A stretch of DNA of 64,000 nt, taken from assembly GCA_024704765.1 (NCBI GenBank), contig JAKMXF010000317.1:321848-385847 (forward strand), given 5' to 3'. The notes beneath the pieces were generated by a model, which saw nothing but the letters and a program-made list of their open reading frames with translations, was not told where the DNA came from and ran no database searches. Below are positions 51,178-61,361 of this stretch, one piece after another. The position numbers and the translations under genes were made by a program. Source of the DNA: Oopsacas minuta (Eukaryota > Animalia > Porifera). How positions within the stretch are numbered: the first letter of the stretch is position 1; each line of letters opens with the position of its first letter.

Positions 51178-51455
51178 GGTGTCATAGGGAATCCTGTTCT
51201 CTAAGTGTCTCCCTTTGTGAATATTGTTCCCCCAAACATTCTTCACTAATGAATGATGTTTAGGGAAACAGGATTCCCTACGGAATACTTGTTCACGTTT
51301 CTTGACCCACGTACGTGCTGCTAAGTGTGCAAAGGGAAACACTTGGAGAAACAGGGTTTCCTAGGGAATCATGTTTCCCTAAACATCATTCAATAGTGAA
51401 TAATGTTCAGGAGAACAATATTACCTAGAGGGCAACAGGATTTCCTCTGACGCCG
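51178..51455. repeat. Palindromic MITE-like element
   Basis: CGGTGTCATAGGGAATCCTGTT ... AACAGGATTTCCTCTGACGCCG inverted ends with internal inverted repeats; partial copy at 17140-17255. Confidence 0.65.
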
Positions 51456-53330
51456 GGTCGTTGAAGCAAGTGGCTATATATATTGACTCATATATCTCTC
51501 ATTCAAGGGCATTTATATTTGGAATTATGAATGGGGAAGGGGGGGTTATCAGGAGATTTGCCGCCCCACCTTCGGGTTAGCAGTCTCTCCTGGGTTAAAT
51601 ATACCTAATCCCCATGCTATGTAGGAAGACTATAGTTGGCTCTATCTAAGTCATTATATTCAAAGCCACCAATAATTAATGGGATAAACTTACTCCTAAT
51701 ACAATCCTCAAGAGGTTCAAAATGGTCAGAGATGTGTTGATAGTTCTCATAACATAGTACCATCAAATATATATGCATAGTATCCAATTTGGGGCTCTGT
51801 CCTAGCAAACACACAAAGTTCTCCCAACTCTACTATCCAATTTGCGACCTTCGCTAACATACTTTCTCTGGAAAGCTTCGGTACTTATAGATGAAACAAG
51901 ACTTCTTCGCTTCTCGTCGAAATCGGAGCTTTGCAGAGCAAAATTTAGTTTTGACGGTATTATTTTATTTCTGGATTATTGGAAATAGTATTAGCTTTCG
52001 AATACGAAATCCAACAGAAATAGACATTTCTATCTGTACTTATGTATTCATATTGTTCAAGGTATAACAAATAAAGTGCTAATTCAAATGACTTTTGAAG
52101 ATAACAGTAAAACAGTTTGTTATGATTTGATTATACGCCCTAAAGGCTGCCAGAATATTAATTTTCCAATTTATGGAATGATGATCCATCTCATTCAGGT
52201 GTTAATGAAACATTTGCATGAAGTTTACTTCACTAGTAATTCAATTACAATATAGAATGATTGACTAGTATTTCTCCCACCTAAGTAGATTTTCACAATA
52301 CTAATACCAATTAATTTACTTATCTTATTTACTGCCCTCCATATGATAATAGTGTAGATATCTAGTAATATGTAATTATACAAATCATCATAGATTGTAT
52401 CCAATCAGCTGTTATAAACAATATATGACTACAGACTTTGCATAATGCATTATTTTAATAACTTATTCCAGTTAAACCAAAAGGAAACTCTTATATAATT
52501 GCAGTGTTAGATTCAAGAGGGTTACCAGGATATTTATACATTATTGATGGCTGTATAGAATTGAATTGGTTGCGGTATTTGGTTGACGGATAATTATTCG
52601 AAACTCGAAAGACATTTTAAATTCATTCTTTTCACTCATATATTCATTTTAATTAAATACATATTATTTTGTGGTATGGTATATGGATATTTCTCTTATT
52701 AAATGTCAAAACAAAGAATCGGTTTATAGTGTAGACCAAGTCTTTCCCGGACATATTTAAAGTACTTCCCCAATTTTTTGAAGTGCTATCGGTCTAGAAA
52801 TTTTTGACACGGATTATATATATCCATGATGTCATTATTACTTCAAAATGTCTATTAACACGGACCGGAGCTATATTTCTCGCATTTGTGCCAAGCACGC
52901 TGAGAGGTGTAGTCCGGATTCGGTGCAACTTGGCCGATTGCCCAATAGGCAAAGTAGGCACTGTATAGGGCCTCCCCCAAGCCTCAGAGGCCCCAAACCC
53001 CTAGTCAATTGAAACAGATTTCTTTGGCTTTCCTCCATAAGCAGTAAAATTATACTTGGAAATGTTATTTCCGTGAATTAATAGCCAAAAACATGCATCC
53101 TTCATTTTTACGATCGCGAATCGCTTGCTCTTGTTACGCGGTTGCGACACTTCGTGTCCATACTCGGGCCTACGGCCCTCGAGTACATAAACTCATAATC
53201 TTAATCGTAGCAAATATGATACTGCGATAATCTTAAATCTGCTTACATTAAGTCCCCCGAAGTGAACAAATATTTATGAAATGTTGTTTACAATATCATA
53301 TTCGGACTCACCATATTCGATTACCCCAGT

Positions 53331-53728
53331 CATAGACTACTATATCATACAAGATAGGAAAGTAGCCGAGCAACGAATGAAAAAGAGAGGCCATTTATTA
53401 TAAATCTCATAAAAGTTCAATTAACCCTTCAAAATTTGTGAGTTGAATTTTTTAGGGTTAGAAATTGTGAAGAATCAGTTAAGACTACTAAAAAGATAAG
53501 CATTTGTGTGAATTTTGATGTAGTGATTTGAATGCGCCTAAACGAGATGAAGGATGGCAGTTTGAACTTTTTAGTAGTCTTAACTGATTCTTCACAATTT
53601 CTAACTCTAAAAAAGTTCAATTCACAAATTTTGAAGATTAATTTAAATTTTATGGAATGTATATAATGGCCTCTCTTTTTTATTCGTTGCTCGGCTACTT
53701 TCCTATCTGTATGATATAGTAGTCTATG
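53331..53728. mobile_element. Second, more deleted copy of the CATAGACTAC foldback element, 398 bp
   Basis: Same TIRs as 38795-39575; 7-bp TSD CCCCAGT / CCTCAGT (6 of 7 match). Confidence 0.87.
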
Positions 53729-54155
53729 CCTCAGTGTTAAGTTACAGTGAATTCGGACTTACACTGTGTATTCGCAAATTAACCAAAACATTGGCGTATT
53801 CGCGAATACACCAAATTCGAAATTCAGCAATAAAATATTAGATTTGAAATGATTACTATAATAGGATATAATTAATAATTAACATCATTGCTGAGTTATA
53901 CAAATTCTATTGCATCATAAATAATGCTACAATCAGTGTTCTATATTTATAATATCCAATGTATGATGTTGGTAGGATAATCATATTACTAAATAACCAT
54001 AATGAAAGTACAAGAATAAATATGAGACCTGTCTACAGGGATTATTGTAGAAACTTAGCACACCTAATATATAGTCTTACTGGCATAAGAATGCAATGAA
54101 GCTAATTATATAAAAAAAGAAAATTTTCTTTTAATGTAAAATATCTGATAAATAA

Positions 54156-55157
54156 ATGGCTGAAGGAAGTATCGTATCTGAGTTTGTTTGCGCTGATTGT
54201 GGAGAGGATGAAATATTTTATGTGGACACGTTTTACAATGTTGGTATTTGTAAACATTGCTGTGAAGTGCATAAGAAACTAAAAACTACTGATGACCATA
54301 TTAAATATATTTCAGAAGTGAACAAAGGCTCAATACAGAATGACTCAGTGAATTTAGAGCTAGAGAAATTCCTACCCTCGATCCCAATAAAGCAAGGTAA
54401 AGGTATGCATGAAGCGATTCGGAGAAAGTTTATTTTCGAGAAATATAATAAGCAAACATTTGCAACAGAATCACTTTATAATAGCTCCGAATCTTCAAAA
54501 TGTAAGATGAGTGGTTATCTACTTAAGAAAGGAAAACAAGGGGATAGATGGAAATATCGGTTCTTTGTTTTACAAAATGGTATTTTAGAATATTTTCTTG
54601 ACAACCAGAGCGTACCAAAATCTTCTTTACAAGTAAACAAACTAAGTATGTTGATTCAAACCCTTGAAAACCATAGTTATCAACTAACAATGAACTATTT
54701 ACCAGAATCTTCAACAAGTAGGACTTACTACTTAACATTCACAGCTGTTAATGAATTGTATAATTGGTACTTCGCAATTCTATCCGCACAGTTATTTGAA
54801 ATTGTAGCTCCAGAAGTAGCAATTCAAACTTCAACACAAGTCAAATCTGGATTCGTATACAAGATTGGCACTGGAAAGTTCGACAGATGGAGGAAACGCT
54901 GGGTGACCCTGAACAAGGGTCATTTTATGTATTTCAGCAATGAACAGTCACCCTACCCAAAAGGGGAATTCGATATACTGACAAAGGAGCAAGGATTTGA
55001 CATAAAAGTTGGGGAAGTAGGCCACATAGTCCCTGCTCCTAACCAGCATACTTTCATAATTGTTACTCCTACAAGAGCGTACAAATTCTGTGCTGAAAAC
55101 CAAATGGAGCTTGTAGCATGGACAGATGTAATCAGGAGTATTATCCTTCAGAAGTAA
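54156..55157 (+). CDS. ArfGAP-type zinc finger + dual PH domain protein (ADAP/centaurin-alpha-like), intronless, 333 aa
   Basis: CADC-x16-CKHC zinc finger, then two PH domains with basic beta1-beta2 signatures (GYLLKKGKQGDRWKYRFFVL; GFVYKIGTGKFDRWRKRWVTL) and terminal ...W...I helices. Confidence 0.88.
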   Translation: MAEGSIVSEFVCADCGEDEIFYVDTFYNVGICKHCCEVHKKLKTTDDHIKYISEVNKGSIQNDSVNLELEKFLPSIPIKQGKGMHEAIRRKFIFEKYNKQTFATESLYNSSESSKCKMSGYLLKKGKQGDRWKYRFFVLQNGILEYFLDNQSVPKSSLQVNKLSMLIQTLENHSYQLTMNYLPESSTSRTYYLTFTAVNELYNWYFAILSAQLFEIVAPEVAIQTSTQVKSGFVYKIGTGKFDRWRKRWVTLNKGHFMYFSNEQSPYPKGEFDILTKEQGFDIKVGEVGHIVPAPNQHTFIIVTPTRAYKFCAENQMELVAWTDVIRSIILQK

Positions 55158-55912
55158 TCTCTTTAACTCATTTCACCTTGAAATAAATTTTACTAAATAT
55201 TTTACAAGTACCAAAAATTATTAAGCGAAGGGCACGATTATTCGGACACATAGAGTACTATAAATGATACTGTTGCGATGGAGATGATACTCCCTGATTC
55301 CAACTCCGATTACGTAATCAGAGTTGGAACCGGAGTCGAGTTAGGTTCGGATTCAGTTTCAAATTTGAGGACAAGTTTATATTTGGGATGTTAAAATTTG
55401 TAATTTTACGATCGATGAGTAATATTCCGCCTCAAATTGTGCTAGCATAGGTGACTCCCAGGTTCGCCTAGTGGTAGGACCTGTGAGAAATTTTTCCAAG
55501 TTTGTTGTACAGTGATAGTATTTGAAGTTTGACCGAGTTACTATATTACATGTTATATATGTTACGGTTAGAGCATTGGGATATTTCAATCAAAGATCGT
55601 ACGATCCGGATCTAGATCCTTCTTGAAGATCGGAAAAGGAGCGTCGATCCATTTGAAAAAGTAGGATCGTGGTCGTGATCGGATGGATAATTTTCTGAAA
55701 GGATCCCGATCCTTCGAAATATCTACAAGTAATAAAAGTCCGTAGACAACTTTTCAAAAGCAGGGGGCTTATTTCATATAGCTCCCAAGATTCAGTTGGC
55801 CCAAAGAGGGTCAACCCCTTCCCCTTCCCCTCCTGGGCAGATATTAATTACTAACTTCATCATGACATGTATGTAAACTGGTATAACTTTAAAATACAAA
55901 ACTAAGTATATT

Positions 55913-56264
55913 AAAACTTTAACAGGCCATAATTATGCAACCAATGCACGTAGAGAGATGTAATTTGGATTACATCAATACTAGTCTAGGGGGATTCTGT
56001 CATTTTAATATCAACTCAATCTAACACCTTAGTGAGTAACGGTGACGTTGCAAAAAATGAGCAATTTTTTGCAAAATTTTTTGTAATTTCGTATAACCAA
56101 GCACGTTATAATTACGCAACCAATGCACGCAGAGATCTGAATTGTTTGCAATGTCACCGTTACTCACTGAGGTGTTAGAATGAGTTGATATAAAAATGAT
56201 TGATATGTTCTAAATGCCATCTCTCTACGTGTATTGGTTGTATAATTATGACTTGTTGAAGTAT
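55913..56264. repeat. Foldback/palindromic MITE-like element, about 350 bp
   Basis: 55913-56050 is the imperfect reverse complement of 56135-56264 (CATAATTAT.CAACCAAT.CACGTAGAGAGATG; TCAACTCA.TCTAACACCT.AGTGAGTAACGGTGAC). Confidence 0.75.
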
Positions 56265-56775
56265 GCTAGATTGTTTCGCTACCAAATTCACACTCATTCT
56301 TTAAATTATTAGTTATCAATAATATATTTATTCCAGCCAAATGCACTGATTTTGTTTTATCTATAATAAATAAAATTGCAAGTCAAAATGAAATAATACA
56401 TGGTTAAATACTGTGAGTAGGCTTTAGTTTCGTAGGCTGTGAGAACATTTTATATGTCCAGCTTAGTTCTATCGAAGCATTATGTTCTATTAGCTTACTT
56501 GATAAATTCAAAGTTATACAATACTTCGGAATTGCAAATTCGAACTCCAAATAGCATGTACGGTTCTACCACCACTTTTTCCCTGATAACAAACAAACAA
56601 ATAAACATACAGACAGACAAGAATTGAGAAATAATAATATGGATATTGTATAGGATGGCCCGAAGTAAAGTTATCCTCAGGCCCCGAGTGCAGTTAATCC
56701 GCCACTAGCTAGAATCTAATCAAACGGAATTATCTTAATAAGAATAATGTATAGGAGTAATTGGTAGTGAACACT

Positions 56776-58107
56776 ATGGCAGAGATAGACCCAATAACAC
56801 CGGATTCCATACCTTCTCTGATCTATGTGGATAAGATGGGGAACCAAGGAGGCTATAGAACAGACTTACTCAATGAGAAGACCCATGAACATATGAAGAG
56901 TTTTATATTCTGCTCAACATGCGATGGAATCAGTAGAAGACCTCAGATTTCTGATGGCAAGACATTTTGTACGGATTGTATAGGTATTGGTGGGAAAGTT
57001 GATGGGAGAGTGGATGAGTTTGTCAGGCAATTACAATGTAGATGTCCTCTCTCATCACGAGGTTGTGATTGGTCAGGAAAATTGGGGAGTATTGAAAACC
57101 ACTTGGATGATTGTGATAAAGTGAACTCGAAATGTAGACAAGGATGTGGAGAAGTGTTACAAAAATTTGATATTATTGAGCACGACAATGTCTGTCCCTT
57201 CAGAATTCAAGAGTGCGACTATTGTAGGCTAAAGGTACAAGCTAGCAAAGCAAACGAACACATTAGATTATGCCAGAAGCATCCAGATGGTGAGGTTACA
57301 TGTCCTTATAAGGAAGTTGGATGTGACACAATTGGAATAAAGCGAAAAAATCTGGATGATTATCTAACTAAGATGCTAATTGATCACCAAAAGTTATTGC
57401 TACGAGAATTGAATCAGCTTAGAGATAAAATAGAGAAGAAGGAATTTGAAACAACAGACAAACTAGAATATCTGAAGATAAGAGACAGTATAAGGAGCAA
57501 GAGTATCTGGATATTGTTAACACTAGTTGTCATGTGTGCAGCCATTCTACTCCCTTTCCTACTAATGGAGAGAGACAAGATACACCTCAATGAACTATCT
57601 ATAAAGTCAAACAAACAGTCTATACAGTTACATGAACAGTCTATACAGTCAAACAAAGTTTCTATTCAATCAAACAATCATTCTATTCAATCTCTAGTTC
57701 TAATGTCAACTACCAAATACATTACAGATTACATAGCAGATAGAGATAAGACTCTACACGGGATAGAATGGACATATAGATATGTAAAAGATGAATCACT
57801 CTTTGGACCCATCTTCTATCTGGGGGCTTGTAAGCTCAGAATAGTTTGTTATCTATGGACTCGCTCATCAGAAAAATTTGGTTCTGATTATTACGTAAAA
57901 AGATTGAATGGTGACTATGATGACGAAATCAACACTTGTATTATAACATATATTCACCTCTACAATGTGGATTTAGAGGATAACAGAAAGTTTAATGTTG
58001 AATATGCGAATGTTGAAGTACTGCCTACAGTAGATAATAACTACATTATGACATTATATAATGAAGTAAGTAAACCAGCAACAATAAGAATATACTTGGA
58101 TATATAA
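56776..58107 (+). CDS. TRAF-like protein: degenerate RING, TRAF-type zinc fingers, coiled coil, transmembrane helix, heptad repeats, divergent MATH-like C-terminus; intronless, 443 aa
   Basis: CRCPLSSRGCDWSG.L..I..HL..C, C.QGCG...H...CP.R...C.YC and C..HP...V.CPY...GC zinc fingers; hydrophobic 21-mer at 57505-57567; ATG at 56776. Confidence 0.85.
   Translation: MAEIDPITPDSIPSLIYVDKMGNQGGYRTDLLNEKTHEHMKSFIFCSTCDGISRRPQISDGKTFCTDCIGIGGKVDGRVDEFVRQLQCRCPLSSRGCDWSGKLGSIENHLDDCDKVNSKCRQGCGEVLQKFDIIEHDNVCPFRIQECDYCRLKVQASKANEHIRLCQKHPDGEVTCPYKEVGCDTIGIKRKNLDDYLTKMLIDHQKLLLRELNQLRDKIEKKEFETTDKLEYLKIRDSIRSKSIWILLTLVVMCAAILLPFLLMERDKIHLNELSIKSNKQSIQLHEQSIQSNKVSIQSNNHSIQSLVLMSTTKYITDYIADRDKTLHGIEWTYRYVKDESLFGPIFYLGACKLRIVCYLWTRSSEKFGSDYYVKRLNGDYDDEINTCIITYIHLYNVDLEDNRKFNVEYANVEVLPTVDNNYIMTLYNEVSKPATIRIYLDI
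57598..57693 (+). repeat. Coding tandem repeat, 21-nt period, about 5 units (S-I-Q-S-N-K-Q heptads)
   Basis: TCTAT(A/T)(C/A)A starts at 57598, 57619, 57640, 57661 and 57682. Confidence 0.9.
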
Positions 58108-58969
58108 TAAAATACAATTTCTATGTAATTGGATAAATATTTTTAAATGTATTATTTCAATTAAGACGATGTATTTATTAAAAGCCCTCCACCTTTGTGT
58201 GTTCAGACGTCAGTCAAGCGAGTATTGTGTATGAATTTATGTTGTTGTATTCTCTTGAAAAATAGCTGATTTGTGTTTAGATAGTAAGTGTTGGTGTACT
58301 TAAGTCAGGGTTTCATCCAGGTTCTCAGGGTCATATACACCTAAAACTGTATTCAAATTATTTTCATAGCCCAGACTATACATTTTCTACTACGAAAATA
58401 GAGTATCAGCAAAATATTCGTACGTCTAGAGACCATAGAGATATATATATATTAGGTTAAATTTATGCGTATGTAGGCGCTAGGTGCGCCCCATATACCT
58501 CAAAATATCCTTATAGAATGCTATGCGTGTAATTTATCCACGCTTTATGTTCCTAAGTTGAGGAAATCGGTCAAACTATTAGAAAGATATCTCAGTTTTC
58601 TGTTTCTGCTCAGGAAATTCCTTTAAATTGTCCAGAATAGCGTAATTTGTACACGAAAGGGTTTAATTGATTATCCACAGAAGTTAATTGTACTTGAAAA
58701 TGGATAATTGTGCTCAAAAAGTTGTTAACGGTGTTCACTACAGATACTTTGGGAAATTTTCCTCAATAGTGTAACCATTTATGACGTAATCTCATATTTA
58801 TTTGGCTCTGGCGAGAAAAATCTCTTATACAGGGGGGAGGGGGGAAATTTGGTTTGGGTAGCAAATATCTGGCGAAATTTGAGAGAAAGGGTTAGAAGGT
58901 TGTACAACATAGAAATAGTTTTGAAGTATTGCAAAATGTTTACTAGAGATTTATGTGATGTAGTACTAA

Positions 58970-59369
58970 TAGTGTTGCAGCGGTCCGGACCGGATGGATC
59001 GAGAGCAGTCCAGTCCGGTCCCGGTCCCAAAACTTTGTCACTTATCGGTCTGGTCCGGTCTGATCTGATCTGATTCTCGGTCCGTTCCAAGCCCATTCTG
59101 ACTGGACCGAGCTTGATAGTTTTAAATCATGTCATTCATAATTGCATGTCATATTCAATGAATTGTTCATATTTCGTATTCCATATATATTATTTGCTGA
59201 TTCTATTTCGTCACAACTTTTGATAACAGATTAACATATTAAGTTCAGTCCGAATCTAGTTGAGTCGGTCCTGGGAAAAACTTTGTTGACGGTCCGGTCC
59301 AGCCCTGTCCTGAAATTATATAGATTGATCCGGTTCCTGTCTGAATTTTGTGAACTAGCTGCAACACTA
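58970..59369. mobile_element. hAT-like MITE with GGTCC/CCGG subterminal repeats
   Basis: Perfect 12-bp TIRs TAGTGTTGCAGC / GCTGCAACACTA; TSD only partly recognisable (AGTACTAA / AGTAAGTA). Confidence 0.6.
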
Positions 59370-59572
59370 AGTAAGTACTATACAATAACGTAATACTGGG
59401 AAATATATCGAAAAAGTGGCCATTAGCTTCTAAACTCCCCCCCTACAATTTGGTACTACCATACATAAATACTGGTATTGGGTTTACCTATTATATAATG
59501 CAACGTCTTTATTTCAAAAATACAAAGATAATCAATTCAGTTCATTTACAAAGAACTCAACCATATAATCTA

Positions 59573-60722
59573 CTAAATGAGAATGCAGCGCCCTCTACGA
59601 TTAACACGAGATCTAAATGCAATAGCCACTCTCATTGCTTCTTCAAATACTTGTGTAACTCCTATCTGTGTAAGAGCAGAACATTCAATGTAACTAACAG
59701 CTCCAATATCTCTCATCATCTCCACACCCTGTGAGTAACTGATTGGAGCAAACTTCTCATTTTCCAGAAGGGTGGTTATCTCTCCGTCATCTCTCAGGTC
59801 TAGCTTAGTCCCCACAAGGATTTTAGGAGTATGAGGACAATAGTACATAACCTCAGGATTCCATTTTACTTTAACATTCTCAAAAGAGATATGATTTATT
59901 AGTGAAAATAAAATTAGTAAAACGTCTGTCTCTCGATATGATAACGGTTTCAGACGATAGGAATTTTCATGATCTTAAAGTGAACATATTCAAATATAAA
60001 CTATGATAATTTGACTATTAATTAAGTGTTCTAAGTTCTAACCCACCAAAGGTATCCCAAAAAGAAAGACTAACATCTATTCCATCTATGGTGTAATCTT
60101 CAACTCCCGACCAAAATCTAAGAAAATTCATATACAACTATACGTACAATTTTTCGAGGAGAAATAGAATCATAAATAGGTAACAAGAAATTTATCATAG
60201 TCCACTTACGCAGGAGTATTGTCAGATGGGAATTTCTTGGTTGTGTAACTGATGAGCAGGGAAGATTTACCTACATCACTGTAAATACAAACGAAAATGA
60301 CAAGAAGACTACTGTAGATCTGAAACTTTAGTTGTATCATTACACGAAATACTCGTGACCCATGCACGTACCAGGCCATGTTTTGGGCCGGTTATTTCCA
60401 AGTAAGACAATTACTATTGCAAATACAATATTTTAACGGTAGTACAACTATGATAATCTTATTGGCTTCAACCCTGACCCTGTGCTATGTAGTCCTGAAA
60501 AACACAAATCCTCGACCACCAAAATACAGTATGTATATACAGGGATAGCGGAGCCGGTACGGTATGACTACAAACTTTGTGTATTCTCCCTTATATTTAG
60601 TTGTCGTCGGAACTCGCCAGACCTCTCACGGTACCAAAATATATATTTTTCCAGATCTTCTGTAACGGGATTATTCATTTTGTGACATACCTATCTCCAA
60701 CTATGCAACTTTTTATATTCAT
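59573..60722 (-). CDS. Atypical Rac/Cdc42-like Rho-family GTPase, 4 exons, 190 aa, CAAX-terminated
   Basis: Exons 60722-60691, 60278-60210, 60117-60047 and 59973-59573; GT-AG introns, phase-consistent, total 573 nt. Translation MNIKSCIVGDSDVGKSSLLISYTTKKFPSDNTPAFWSGVEDYTIDGIDVSLSFWDTFDHENSYRLKPLSY...VGTKLDLR...YIECSAL...RRGRCILI*. Confidence 0.9.
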
Positions 60723-61361
60723 TACTTGATTGTAGTTGATGTGTGTAGATTGTGGAATCCTAAACCTGTTAAGAAAGAGAAAAAATAGATATTTACTGAA
60801 TGTGCCAAGTCTCAAAATCGTTCTCACCCAAAGGGCATTAAAGTAATTATCTACGTCAGCGAGTGTCACCCAGGCCCGCTGAAACAAGTTTTTAGGGCCA
60901 GAGAAGACCGAATTTGTAGTTACCAAATTTTTCTACCTGACAATAAATCTCAATTTCGTATTTTACATAGAGCATTAATCGTTCCTCATTTTTTGGAGCG
61001 AGGTCTCGCTCCGCGGTCCCGCCTTGCAAAGGAACAGTGCTCCTACCTTCCCTCCTTACTGAGAAAAGGAGCGCACTCCTTCAAAAATGGAGTTGCAGTG
61101 TATACAAAAAATGTGTCAAATACGTATAAGCGTGATTACGTAGGTCAGGGTATAAGTAAATTTACATACGGGTTACAGCCAAAAGAACAAATAGTAAGTA
61201 AGAAGAGTTGAAATTATGTTAATAAATTTGTCTATTCGATTACACAACCAAAGCGACGTAAACAGACAGACAAGCTGAACTTATAGCTAATATTTACAAT
61301 TTTACAATATAGACAAAGGTGTGAAACTGTAGAAGATTTATATATCAAAGGTACATATCTA

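Noticed and set aside
55290-55740. GATC-rich and hairpin-rich tract (also 51050-51160) as a CRISPR-like or regulatory array
   Set aside because: No constant repeat-spacer periodicity; resembles subterminal repeats of decayed hAT MITEs in a eukaryotic genome.
60624-60645. 18/19-nt match (GCCAGAC.TCTCACGGTAC) between Rho intron 1 and the Tc1 transposase at about 61750-61768
   Set aside because: Too short; about one such match is expected by chance in a 64-kb self-comparison, and the flanks do not align.
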